A stretch of 36,570 bases of DNA from a virus (taxonomy: Duplodnaviria > Caudoviricetes). The position numbers were made by a program, and so were the translations under genes. Shown in pieces: positions 5,078 to 13,890 of this stretch. The stretch's first letter is position 1, and the number at the start of each line of letters is the position of its first letter. The notes under the pieces are model-generated. The model worked only from the letters and a program-made list of their open reading frames with translations. It had not been told where the DNA came from and searched no databases. The DNA lies in IMG/VR virus record IMGVR_UViG_3300030330_002695, positions 1 through 36,570 of that record; one strand, written 5' to 3'.

Positions 5078-5368
5078 ATGAAAGGACCTTTCAAATTAAA
5101 GTCGGGAAACAAACCGTCAATAATAAAGTTATCAGGTGCATCACCGATGCAAAAGCAACCAGATACTAAACCTACAAAAGTAGAAAAAAAGATAGAAACA
5201 AAAAAATCACCAGCAGATCCTAAAGGCCACGAGATGTGGGGAGCTATTAATACCGCGCAAACTAAAATAGTTAATAAAGAAGGTAATTATGTTGCGATAA
5301 ATAGTAGGGAAGGTAAAGCCATCTTAAACAACCCAAATAGAACAATAAAAGATGTATTAAAAAAATAA
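5078..5368 (+). CDS. Lys-rich basic protein (96 aa)
   Basis: N-terminus KGPFKLKSGN shared with 5713-6510. Confidence 0.75.
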   Translation: MKGPFKLKSGNKPSIIKLSGASPMQKQPDTKPTKVEKKIETKKSPADPKGHEMWGAINTAQTKIVNKEGNYVAINSREGKAILNNPNRTIKDVLKK

Positions 5369-5422
5369 AATATATAGGGAGAGACCCTATACCAATAAGT
5401 ATTAACCAAAAATAAAACCAAA

Positions 5423-5713
5423 ATGACTTATTTATATTACAAGACCAGTTCAACTGGCACAATTAAACCGAATGAAAAAACTATTAACCAGTGGAAACAT
5501 CTAGCTGATAAAAAGAACTGGAGGATAACACAACTACCAAATGGATTTTACCAAACGGAAGTTAATGATCCAGATAAAGAAAAAGACTGGCACGATGTTA
5601 CACGAAGAGAAACCATAGAAGGTGCTGAAGCAGCAATTGATGGAAGCATCGACCATTTCTCAAAAAAACTAGAGGCTATTAAAGGCCCAAAAATAATAAA
5701 AACATTCGACTAA
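5423..5713 (+). CDS. hypothetical protein (96 aa)
   Basis: ORF track; TAATG-coupled to next gene. Confidence 0.8.
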   Translation: MTYLYYKTSSTGTIKPNEKTINQWKHLADKKNWRITQLPNGFYQTEVNDPDKEKDWHDVTRRETIEGAEAAIDGSIDHFSKKLEAIKGPKIIKTFD

Positions 5714-6510
5714 TGAAAAAAGGACCATTTAAGCTAAAATCAGGTAATTCCCCAATGTTCAAGATGATGGGTAGTAAAATGATACAAAGAGCTCATAAAT
5801 CAAAAGCAAGAAAAGATTTATTAGATAAATTGACTACAGAAGAGAAAGCGAAGTACGATGCTCTTTCTGCAAAGGAAAAATTTAATGTAAGTCAAAACGT
5901 AAACCTAGCTCAAATGAAACAGGCTTTAAGTGATGATGACTCGCCTATTGAAAAGTATGTTTCCGATGCTCAACGTAAAGCTGTACATGCTAGCAAGGCT
6001 GAGCGATCACCTGCTAAGAAAACTTATAAACAGGCTTATGCTGATGCTGATAAAAAAAAGTATCCTACTTATGAAAAGTTTTTAAAAGCTGCTAAAGCTT
6101 ACAATGTAAAGAAATATGGTACTACTGAGCCTACTAGAGAAGCTAAAAAACTAAAACCTGTTTATTCAGATGTAAAAGGTGTTAAATCTGGTAAGAAAAA
6201 GCTAGAGAAAATCACTAAATATAAAACGGTTAAGAAAGCAGCTTCTAAAGTAGCTGAGAAAAAACATGAGGAGAAAGGAAAAACTATGACAAAAGCAGCT
6301 CGTGACAAAAGTATGTCGAAACAAGGGCCTGATTTATCTACAAGAGAAGGTAGAAAAACAGCTAAAAAAGCTTTAAAAAGAGGAAAAGGTGCTGGATTAA
6401 GCAAAGAAGCTTATAAAGCAGGTAGAAAAAAGATACGTAAGGCTGCTAGAAAAGATATTTTTGGCAAAGTCGGTAAGTTTTTAAAAGAAAAAGTAGTAAA
6501 ACTTAAGTAA
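5713..6510 (+). CDS. very basic Lys/Ala-rich protein, possible DNA-condensing or internal virion protein (265 aa)
   Basis: K/A/R-rich composition; SPxxK motifs. Confidence 0.7.
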   Translation: MKKGPFKLKSGNSPMFKMMGSKMIQRAHKSKARKDLLDKLTTEEKAKYDALSAKEKFNVSQNVNLAQMKQALSDDDSPIEKYVSDAQRKAVHASKAERSPAKKTYKQAYADADKKKYPTYEKFLKAAKAYNVKKYGTTEPTREAKKLKPVYSDVKGVKSGKKKLEKITKYKTVKKAASKVAEKKHEEKGKTMTKAARDKSMSKQGPDLSTREGRKTAKKALKRGKGAGLSKEAYKAGRKKIRKAARKDIFGKVGKFLKEKVVKLK

Positions 6511-6541
6511 AAGTAACAAATTTAATCAAATTTAATTTAAT

Positions 6542-8110
6542 ATGGAGTACAATTTACCTAGCGAAATTGTCAAAGACTTAAACTTTGGCGATAACGCTAA
6601 AAATAGAATAATAAAAGGTGTAGAAAAGCTTTCACAAGCTGTAAAATCTACACTAGGAGCATCAGGAAAATGTGTAATTTATGAAGATGCTCGAGGAAAA
6701 CCGGTAATCACAAAAGATGGTGTAACCGTAGCAGAAAGCGTAGTCTTATACGATCCGGTTGAAAACATGGGAGCTACACTTATTAAGGAAGCTGCACAGA
6801 ATACAGTAAAAGAGGCTGGAGATGGTACAACTACCGCTACAGTTTTAGCTGAATCTTTAATAAAAATGGTTAGCCATGAGCAATATCATGGTAATACTAT
6901 AAGAGAGATTAAAGAAGGTATAGATTCTGGATTAAAAAAGGTAAACGATTACCTTGAAAAGGCAGCGATAGCAGTAGAAGGAGACATGTTAAAAGATGTT
7001 TCTGCAATATCTTGCAATAACGACGCAGAATTAGGCCAAATTATCGCAGATGCTTACGAAAAAGTTGGTAAAGATGGTGTAGTTTTAATGGAAACTAGCG
7101 AAACAGATGAAACTAGCGTAGAATTGGTAGATGGCGTACAAATAGAGTGTGGTTTAACCTCCCCTTATTTTGTTACAAACACAGAAAAACACAAAGCAGA
7201 GCTAGAAGATCCATTAATTCTTATCGTATCTAGTGAAATCCCAAATATAAGAAAAATACAAAACGTGTTAGAGCACGTAATAAAGAAAGGAAAAGCGTTA
7301 CTTATAGTAGCACCAGTAGCACAGCAGGTAAAAGCTGCCTTAACAATGAATAAAGTTAAAGGCAATATAAAAGTTAATATCATAGACTTACCAGGCTTTG
7401 GTCCTACTAAAAACGATGCTGTTAAAGATCTAGCTATATTAACAGGAGCAACTGTAATTAATGAAGAACTAGGTGATGATTTAGATCTTATAACGGTAGA
7501 ACACTTAGGAGAAGCTGAGTATGCAGCTACAGATGATACGTCAACTGTAATTACTCTTGCAGATATGAGTGTTGATATTGAAGAAAGAATAGACGAAGTA
7601 CAAAATAAGATAAAAAGCGAGAAAAACGGTTTTATTAAAAAGAAGCTAGAAGAAAGATTAGCTATGTTATCTGGTTCTGTAGGTATTGTAAGGGTAGGAG
7701 CAGCATCTAAGGTAGAACTTAAAGAAAAGAAAGATAGAGTAGAAGATGCTATATACGCTACAAAAGCAGCATTAAAAGAAGGTATTGTACCAGGCGGTGG
7801 TGTAGCACTATTAAACGCCTCGCAAAAAATCACCCCTAAAGGGGTGGGGGAGAGTATATTAATGGAAGCTATTAGAGCCCCATTTGATACTATACTAGAA
7901 AACGCAGGATTACAGCAAGTTGGACCTAGACCAGCTAAAGGTATAGGTGTTGACGTTGTTACAGGTAAAGAAGTTAATATGATTGAATCTGGTATTATAG
8001 ATCCAGTACTTGTAACTAAATCTGCATTGAAGAACGCTGTAAGTGTAGTATCAACGATTATATCAGCTGATTGTGTAATTTCAAACATACGAGTAAATGA
8101 AGGCAGTTAA
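6542..8110 (+). CDS. groEL: phage-encoded chaperonin GroEL (522 aa)
   Basis: ITKDGVTVA, AGDGTTTATVLA, KEKKDRVEDA, GIVPGGG, GIIDP motifs. Confidence 0.97.
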   Translation: MEYNLPSEIVKDLNFGDNAKNRIIKGVEKLSQAVKSTLGASGKCVIYEDARGKPVITKDGVTVAESVVLYDPVENMGATLIKEAAQNTVKEAGDGTTTATVLAESLIKMVSHEQYHGNTIREIKEGIDSGLKKVNDYLEKAAIAVEGDMLKDVSAISCNNDAELGQIIADAYEKVGKDGVVLMETSETDETSVELVDGVQIECGLTSPYFVTNTEKHKAELEDPLILIVSSEIPNIRKIQNVLEHVIKKGKALLIVAPVAQQVKAALTMNKVKGNIKVNIIDLPGFGPTKNDAVKDLAILTGATVINEELGDDLDLITVEHLGEAEYAATDDTSTVITLADMSVDIEERIDEVQNKIKSEKNGFIKKKLEERLAMLSGSVGIVRVGAASKVELKEKKDRVEDAIYATKAALKEGIVPGGGVALLNASQKITPKGVGESILMEAIRAPFDTILENAGLQQVGPRPAKGIGVDVVTGKEVNMIESGIIDPVLVTKSALKNAVSVVSTIISADCVISNIRVNEGS

Positions 8111-8354
8111 TAATTATATAATCGTAGAAAACATAAAAATAGAACCTAAAAAAATCGGAGGTTTAATAATGACCGAAGAATTAGACGATGACAATAGGTA
8201 TATAAAGGCTAACGTTATTTCAGTTGGTAACTTAGTCGAAGGAATAAAAGATAAAGATATAGTATACTATGATAAACATGCTGGACATGGTGTACAATAC
8301 AAAGACACACTCTACCAAGTTATAATGTCAAGAGATGTGGTATTAATAGATTAA
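8097..8354 (+). CDS. groES: co-chaperonin GroES (85 aa)
   Basis: Mobile-loop GGLI, VISVG, D-x-VYYDKHAG, terminal RDVVLI; overlaps groEL 3' end. Confidence 0.85.
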   Translation: MKAVNNYIIVENIKIEPKKIGGLIMTEELDDDNRYIKANVISVGNLVEGIKDKDIVYYDKHAGHGVQYKDTLYQVIMSRDVVLID

Positions 8355-8356
8355 AT

Positions 8357-8761
8357 ATGGTAAAACAAGAAAGGTACTTATATTTTAGAACAGAGGCTAC
8401 AGATGCAAACGATGATGCTACAGGTGATTCAGCTTGCTTTCCAGCCTCTTCTTTAATGGGTATGCAGCCAACATCAGATACTGCTTTAACTTTATATTTT
8501 AAATCTATGGTCCGCAGAGATCCAACAGGAGCAGTTGATCATGCTAATAGTTTAGATAATAACGATTCTGTTATACTAACTATATCTGCAAATACACATC
8601 TAGTGGCTATGCAAGCAATAGCAGAAGCTATAGTGGGACCTAATTCCCCATCATTAATAGTTGTTGCTAACGATGACTCTGGTGGTACAGAATATTTAGC
8701 GGGTTCAGGTATTTCAGCTTGTGGCACAATAACGGTTGCAGCTGCTTATGCTAACTCGTAA
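8357..8761 (+). CDS. YLYFR-family paralogue 1, probable virion protein (134 aa)
   Basis: RYLYFR, acidic loop, VVANDD, ITVAAAYANS. Confidence 0.75.
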   Translation: MVKQERYLYFRTEATDANDDATGDSACFPASSLMGMQPTSDTALTLYFKSMVRRDPTGAVDHANSLDNNDSVILTISANTHLVAMQAIAEAIVGPNSPSLIVVANDDSGGTEYLAGSGISACGTITVAAAYANS

Positions 8762-8764
8762 ATT

Positions 8765-8809
8765 AAGCCTAAACCTTAAACCTAAAACCTTAAACTTCAA
8801 AACGAAAAC
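8765..8809 (+). repeat. degenerate AAACCT(T) tandem repeat
   Basis: aagcct aaacctt aaaccta aaacctt aaacttc aaaacg aaaac. Confidence 0.6.
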
Positions 8810-8838
8810 AAATTATTAATTAACAAAAACAAACTAAA

Positions 8839-9294
8839 ATGAGAAAATATTTGTATTTTAGAAATGTTGCTGACGAAGACAACGATGATGGTACTGACGC
8901 TTCAGGATCTGGAGCTACTTTCAGAACATCATTAATGATTCCAGCTGACAGAGTTAGAGGTATAGTGCCAGGAAGTGCTACTACTATTAAGATACTATTT
9001 GATAGTGTTATAAATGGTGGTTTAAACGGCGCTGGAGCTCAAAACACTGCTACAGAAGTAGTTGTTGCAGATCACGTATTATGTACTGTTACAGAAGGTG
9101 ATCTTGAAGACGTTATGAAAGCTATTATTCAAGCTGTTTATGGTGCTAAATCACCACATTCAAGTGGTTTGATAGTTATAGCTGATGACGTTACAACTAA
9201 TGTAGCTGGATCAACGATAGCAGCAAAATCTGTACATACTTCGTTAACAGGTATGGCAGCAGACAGTATTGTGGTAGCAGCGGCTAACGCATAG
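8839..9294 (+). CDS. YLYFR-family paralogue 2 (151 aa)
   Basis: KYLYFR, DEDNDD, VIADD, IVVAAANA. Confidence 0.75.
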   Translation: MRKYLYFRNVADEDNDDGTDASGSGATFRTSLMIPADRVRGIVPGSATTIKILFDSVINGGLNGAGAQNTATEVVVADHVLCTVTEGDLEDVMKAIIQAVYGAKSPHSSGLIVIADDVTTNVAGSTIAAKSVHTSLTGMAADSIVVAAANA

Positions 9295-9326
9295 TATTAA
9301 TCATTAACTTAAAAACGTAAAAAATT

Positions 9327-9788
9327 ATGGGAACAGCAATGGAAAAGTATTTATACTTTAGAACAGTAGCTGATGAGGACGATGATGATGCTATCACGGC
9401 CGACTCAGTATTAGTACCAGTTAGCAAGATTACTGGATTTTATCCTAGTAATTCTGGTTCAGCAGGTACAGCAGCAGACGAATTAACTATATTCTTTGAA
9501 AGTGTTAATAATATACAAACAGCAGGTGATAACGAGGTTGTTAAGTCTGATAGTGTATTATTAAATATTACAGCAGGACAAAGCTTTAATGTAATGCAAG
9601 CAATTGTAGATGCAATTAACGCTACAGGTGTTGGTTATCAAGATGGTTATATAGTTATAGCTGACGATGCTACTACTACAGTAGGAGCTTCTTCAATAGA
9701 AGGTAACAACGCTACTAAAGCAGCAGTATACATCCACAGTGGTATTACTTCTTGTGGAGCGATTACAGTTGCAGCAGCTAACTCTTAA
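9327..9788 (+). CDS. YLYFR-family paralogue 3 (153 aa)
   Basis: KYLYFR, DEDDDD, VIADD, ITVAAANS. Confidence 0.75.
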   Translation: MGTAMEKYLYFRTVADEDDDDAITADSVLVPVSKITGFYPSNSGSAGTAADELTIFFESVNNIQTAGDNEVVKSDSVLLNITAGQSFNVMQAIVDAINATGVGYQDGYIVIADDATTTVGASSIEGNNATKAAVYIHSGITSCGAITVAAANS

Positions 9789-9798
9789 TAGTTAACTG

Positions 9799-10239
9799 TT
9801 GAGACTAACAGCGCAAGATTTGCGTGAAATGAATATCCTTAAGTATTACAGGCTCACTAGAAAGTGGGTCTGTAAAACTTACGGGTTAAAAGACGCAGAT
9901 TTAGAATTATTAATTTATTTAGATTGTAAAGGAAGATTTACACGAAAAGATTTCATGGATGGAGTTTACACTTATTCATGGGATAAAAACAGGTGGGAGA
10001 GATTAAGAAGAGATGGTTGGATAGATACTTGGAGACATCGTAATAGAACTACTATTATGTACTCTGTATTTAAAACCTCTTTTAAATGCTCTCAAATGAT
10101 TAGTAGAATATATAGAATACTTCTCGGTGAAGAGGATTTACCTACATCAGAAAGAAGTATATTTTTTAATAACAAGTCTTATACTGATAAAGTCTATAAC
10201 AAAGCGATAGATGATATGATTAAAGACACAAATAGATAA
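9799..10239 (+). CDS. putative winged-helix (MarR-like) DNA-binding protein (146 aa)
   Basis: YGLKDADLELLIYL...RLRRDGWI pattern; TTG start; function inferred. Confidence 0.55.
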   Translation: MRLTAQDLREMNILKYYRLTRKWVCKTYGLKDADLELLIYLDCKGRFTRKDFMDGVYTYSWDKNRWERLRRDGWIDTWRHRNRTTIMYSVFKTSFKCSQMISRIYRILLGEEDLPTSERSIFFNNKSYTDKVYNKAIDDMIKDTNR

Positions 10240-10241
10240 CT

Positions 10242-10337
10242 ATGCCATACGGAAAAGGAACATATGGGTCAAAAGTTGGAAGACCTAAAAAGAAAAAAGT
10301 TGTAAGTAAGAAAAAAACGATGAAGAAAAAGAAATAA
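10242..10337 (+). CDS. 31-aa basic peptide with AT-hook-like GRP (MPYGKGTYGSKVGRPKKKK...)
   Basis: Hand translation; TAATG-coupled to next gene. Confidence 0.7.
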   Translation: MPYGKGTYGSKVGRPKKKKVVSKKKTMKKKK

Positions 10338-10636
10338 TGTCTGTAAAGTACGTTATTATAGGTACTGATGAAGTAGAAAATGTAGATTTTTCTCAAGTTA
10401 TGCAAGATTCAGTACAAACACTAAGAATAAGTGAAGATGGTAATTTCACCTTTGTAAAGTTCAAGGGTGAAACACCTTCTTTCTTAGAAGGTAAAACACA
10501 ATATACACATGCTGAAATAATGTCTGTTTTAGAAGATCCAAATGGAGTTTGGTTTGTAACAGAAGCTGAGGAAAATACTTGGCAGGATGAAGCTAGAATA
10601 GTTTTAAGTAAATTAAACCCTTTTAATTGGTTCTAA
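10337..10636 (+). CDS. hypothetical protein (99 aa)
   Basis: ORF track; coupled at both ends. Confidence 0.75.
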   Translation: MSVKYVIIGTDEVENVDFSQVMQDSVQTLRISEDGNFTFVKFKGETPSFLEGKTQYTHAEIMSVLEDPNGVWFVTEAEENTWQDEARIVLSKLNPFNWF

Positions 10637-10848
10637 TGAATATATTTAAAGATAACAATGAGTGGAATGAAAAGTCTATAATAGGGGCTGTAGCCTTTGT
10701 TATAATGTGTATGGTTATGATATTAGATTTATTAACTGGTTGGTTAGGTAGAGATTTAGCTATAAATGAATTTGTATATGATTCATTTGTACTAGTGGTG
10801 TTAGGATGTTTTGGAATAGCTGGTTTAGAAAAATTCGCAAAAAAATAA
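10636..10848 (+). CDS. two-TM membrane protein, holin/antiholin-like (70 aa; start revised)
   Basis: Two hydrophobic helices, basic C-terminus; ATG at 10636 overlaps upstream TAA. Confidence 0.6.
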   Translation: MNIFKDNNEWNEKSIIGAVAFVIMCMVMILDLLTGWLGRDLAINEFVYDSFVLVVLGCFGIAGLEKFAKK

Positions 10849-10857
10849 AATTAAATT

Positions 10858-11244
10858 ATGTTAGGAAATTTATTATCTGGAGGAGCTGCAGATTTAGTTA
10901 AAGGAGTGGGTGGAATTATTGATGATTTACACACTTCAAACGAAGAAAAGCTTGAGGCAGAAAGACAAATAAAAGAAATAGTTGCCAAGTACGAAATAGA
11001 GATGCAAAAAAACATCACGGCTAGATGGGAGGCAGATTTAAAAAGTGATTCATGGCTTAGTAAAAATGTTAGGCCTATGACTTTAATATTTTTAATAGTA
11101 TGCACCATGCTATTAATATTTATAGATGCAGGTGCATTAAATTTTGAAGTTAAAGACACTTGGGTAGATTTACTTCAATTAGTATTAATAACCGTGATCG
11201 GTGCTTATTTTGGTGGGCGATCATTTGAAAAAGTAAAAAAATAA
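10858..11244 (+). CDS. holin, GTA_holin_3TM-like (128 aa)
   Basis: DSWLSKNVRP...YFGGRSFEK pattern, TM helices. Confidence 0.75.
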   Translation: MLGNLLSGGAADLVKGVGGIIDDLHTSNEEKLEAERQIKEIVAKYEIEMQKNITARWEADLKSDSWLSKNVRPMTLIFLIVCTMLLIFIDAGALNFEVKDTWVDLLQLVLITVIGAYFGGRSFEKVKK

Positions 11245-11247
11245 ATT

Positions 11248-11637
11248 ATGGGATTAATAAATGACTTGGCTGATATAGGCCAAATGGGTAGTGGTCATAC
11301 TAAAACAGCTGCTAATACTCTTTATGCTCCAACTGGAAAAGTTATAGTAGCAATACAAGTGTTAAATGCTGCTGTTAAGTTTTCAGCTTTAGTCGCTGAC
11401 GATTCTTTTGTAGGATCAGGAAGCGCTAGCGTAGATGACGGTGTTTCATATATTGGATCTGGAACTCAATTTTTAGCAAATGGTGAAGATGATGATGGAG
11501 ATGCTGTGGTAAGTGAAGCTATAGCAAATACTGTAGAATTTCCAGCAAACTCTATGATTTATGGAAGATGGACTAATGTGTCATTACAAGCAAATTCAAC
11601 TCATGGTATAATAGTATATTATGGTCCAGCTGCTTAA
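11248..11637 (+). CDS. IYGRWT-family paralogue 1, probable virion protein (129 aa)
   Basis: GQMGS, PTGKVIVAI, FP...IYGRWT. Confidence 0.7.
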   Translation: MGLINDLADIGQMGSGHTKTAANTLYAPTGKVIVAIQVLNAAVKFSALVADDSFVGSGSASVDDGVSYIGSGTQFLANGEDDDGDAVVSEAIANTVEFPANSMIYGRWTNVSLQANSTHGIIVYYGPAA

Positions 11638-11657
11638 AAATAAATAAAATTTAAATT

Positions 11658-12020
11658 ATGGGTATAAATTCAACATCAACAGCGTATGGCTTTGGTCAAT
11701 TAGGGTCTGCTTACACCACATCTAGTAGTGATGCTATAAAACCACCTACAAATAAAGTGTTTGTAGCTATAACAATGTTAGCTGACACTGTATTTGATGC
11801 TAGTGGTGGGTTAATAGCTGAAATACCTATTAGTAATGATATATATATTGGTACAGAGCAACCAGCTCACGATTTAGCAGATGGATCTGAAACTACAGAA
11901 GAAGGTTCTGGTGGTAAAGTTGTGGATTCCGTTACGTTTCCAAAAGGTATAACAATATATGGTAGATGGACAGAAATAGATGTTAGCTCAGGTAGTATTG
12001 TTGCTTATATAGGCGATTAA
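11658..12020 (+). CDS. IYGRWT-family paralogue 2 (120 aa)
   Basis: GQLGS, PTNKVFVAI, FP...IYGRWT. Confidence 0.7.
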   Translation: MGINSTSTAYGFGQLGSAYTTSSSDAIKPPTNKVFVAITMLADTVFDASGGLIAEIPISNDIYIGTEQPAHDLADGSETTEEGSGGKVVDSVTFPKGITIYGRWTEIDVSSGSIVAYIGD

Positions 12021-12766
12021 TGTTAGGTTTAGGTAGTTCTTTAACAGCAGATTTTAAGCATGTGTTTCTAGATGATAATAGTATACTTCTTGATGGAACA
12101 GATGATTATATCCAACTAGATGCTATAACCGGTGTTGATGGTTTTCAAGATATTACAGATGCTGGAGCTGTCTCTATTTGGGTAAAAATCAACACAACAA
12201 GCTCTACTGGTCAAATATTTAGAATGCAAGCTGATAGTAATAATTTTATATCTATGTATTACCACGCTGGATCAAATACTACCAGAACAGCTTATAAAGG
12301 TGGTGGAGGAACAACTATAGCAAAAACCGCAGCGGCAATAGAAAATGATGGTAATTGGCACCACCTTGTTAGCACGTGGAGCACCACTACAAATAAAATA
12401 AGTATATATTTAGATGGTAGTTTAGTTGAATCAAAACCAAACAGTGGGTCTTTAGATACTTTTACTGGTGATATATCAGCAGTTGATATTGGTCAAAACA
12501 CTTCTGGATCTTCTTACTTTAATGGTTCTGTAAACGATATTTCTTTTTGGAATGCTAATTTAAGCGGGGCTCAAGTATCTACAATATATAATAATGGTAA
12601 ACCAAATGATGTTTTAACTTTAAACCATGCTGACTTAGACTTTTCAAAATGTATTGCTTACTACCCGCTTGAGTTTGGAAGTGGAACAAGCGCTAAAGAT
12701 CATAGTAGACATTTAAACAACGGAACATTAACAAATGGCCCTGAGTGGCAAGGTGATACACCTTAA
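12020..12766 (+). CDS. LamG/concanavalin A-like lectin-domain protein (248 aa)
   Basis: LDGTDDYI, SIWVK, DGNWHHLVSTW, IYLDG, FNGSVNDISFWN. Confidence 0.85.
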   Translation: MLGLGSSLTADFKHVFLDDNSILLDGTDDYIQLDAITGVDGFQDITDAGAVSIWVKINTTSSTGQIFRMQADSNNFISMYYHAGSNTTRTAYKGGGGTTIAKTAAAIENDGNWHHLVSTWSTTTNKISIYLDGSLVESKPNSGSLDTFTGDISAVDIGQNTSGSSYFNGSVNDISFWNANLSGAQVSTIYNNGKPNDVLTLNHADLDFSKCIAYYPLEFGSGTSAKDHSRHLNNGTLTNGPEWQGDTP

Positions 12767-12795
12767 AAATAATAACAACAATTAAATTAAATAAA

Positions 12796-13104
12796 ATGGC
12801 AAAAAACACAAGTAAAAAAATTAAAGAATTAAAGGGTATACAAGATATCAAACCCGAAGCAATAACTGATGAACAGTTAAAAGATTTGCAAACACTAGTA
12901 AAAGATATAAACGTAATGCACCATCAAATAGGTGTTGCTGAGGCTAAGAAACATAACATGATACATGCTATGTCTGATAGTCAAGCAAAATTAATGGAAA
13001 TGCAAGAAATGTTTATGAAAGAATACGGAACTATTGATATTGATATTAACGATGGTTCTATAAATTATGAAAAAGAAAATGGCGAAGTTAATAAGAAAGA
13101 TTAG
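12796..13104 (+). CDS. coiled-coil hypothetical protein (102 aa)
   Basis: ORF track. Confidence 0.75.
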   Translation: MAKNTSKKIKELKGIQDIKPEAITDEQLKDLQTLVKDINVMHHQIGVAEAKKHNMIHAMSDSQAKLMEMQEMFMKEYGTIDIDINDGSINYEKENGEVNKKD

Positions 13105-13300
13105 TATAGGTAAAGACTATAAAAACGACGCCATGCATTATGCGGTTGGTCAAGAAGTTTACGGTGGGCATACTATTTGCGATATATTAGAAGAAGATGA
13201 TAAATATTCTATTTATATTAAAAAAAATAAAGACGTGTTACCATGGAAAGACTTTAACAAAAACATGGCTGTATCTGTAGAATATAATCTAGAATACTAA
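13079..13300 (+). CDS. hypothetical protein (73 aa; start revised to MAKLIRKI)
   Basis: ORF track 13067-13300; coupled to next gene. Confidence 0.75.
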   Translation: MAKLIRKISIGKDYKNDAMHYAVGQEVYGGHTICDILEEDDKYSIYIKKNKDVLPWKDFNKNMAVSVEYNLEY

Positions 13301-13890
13301 TGAAAAGCGTTCACAACTTTGTTGTAACGCCAAAAGGAGAAAGATATAATAATAAGAAAAAAATTGGTGACTCAGAATTAATACTTAATACAGAAATTTT
13401 TAATCATCAATATGTAAATAAAGAAGCTGTTGTTATATCAACTCCAATAGCGGGACATACAGATATAAAAGCTGGTGATACGGTTATAGTACATCATAAT
13501 GTTTTTCGTAGATGGCATAATGTAAAAGGTGTAGAAAAAAATAGTAAAAGTTATTTTAATGAATCTACTTATTTTATAACTCCAGATCAAATCTTTTTAT
13601 ATAAAAGAGATAAAGAGTGGATAACTCCAAAAGGTTATTGTTTTATAAAACCTTTAAAAGCAAAAAATCCACTTAATATTGATCTTGAAAAACCATTACA
13701 AGGTATTGTTAAGTATTCAGACGGTACTGTAGAAGTTGGTGATCTAGTTGGTTTTAGACCAAGTAGTGAATACGAATTTATAGTTGATAACGAGAGACTA
13801 TATAGAGTTTTATCAAATTTTATTACAATTAAATATGAATATCAAGGAGACGAAGAAGAATATAATCCAAGCTGGGCAAAAGGCAGTTGA
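13300..13890 (+). CDS. protein with two tandem GroES-like domains (196 aa)
   Basis: AVVISTP...IKAGDTVIV and EKPLQGIVKY...VEVGDLVGF...EFIVDNERLYRV resemble GroES strands. Confidence 0.55.
   Translation: MKSVHNFVVTPKGERYNNKKKIGDSELILNTEIFNHQYVNKEAVVISTPIAGHTDIKAGDTVIVHHNVFRRWHNVKGVEKNSKSYFNESTYFITPDQIFLYKRDKEWITPKGYCFIKPLKAKNPLNIDLEKPLQGIVKYSDGTVEVGDLVGFRPSSEYEFIVDNERLYRVLSNFITIKYEYQGDEEEYNPSWAKGS

Noticed and set aside
5373-5391. TATAGGG-AGAGA-CCCTATA hairpin as a terminator or T7-like promoter
   Set aside because: No U-tract, and the upstream TAATACGACTCAC of a T7 promoter is absent; kept only as a minor intergenic hairpin.
7165-8088. 307-aa minus-strand ORF
   Set aside because: Antisense shadow of groEL. 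The same applies to 6162-6404, 10220-10405, 10851-11159, 18826-19206, 21887-22153, 22793-23200 and the small ORFs inside the terminase and tail genes.
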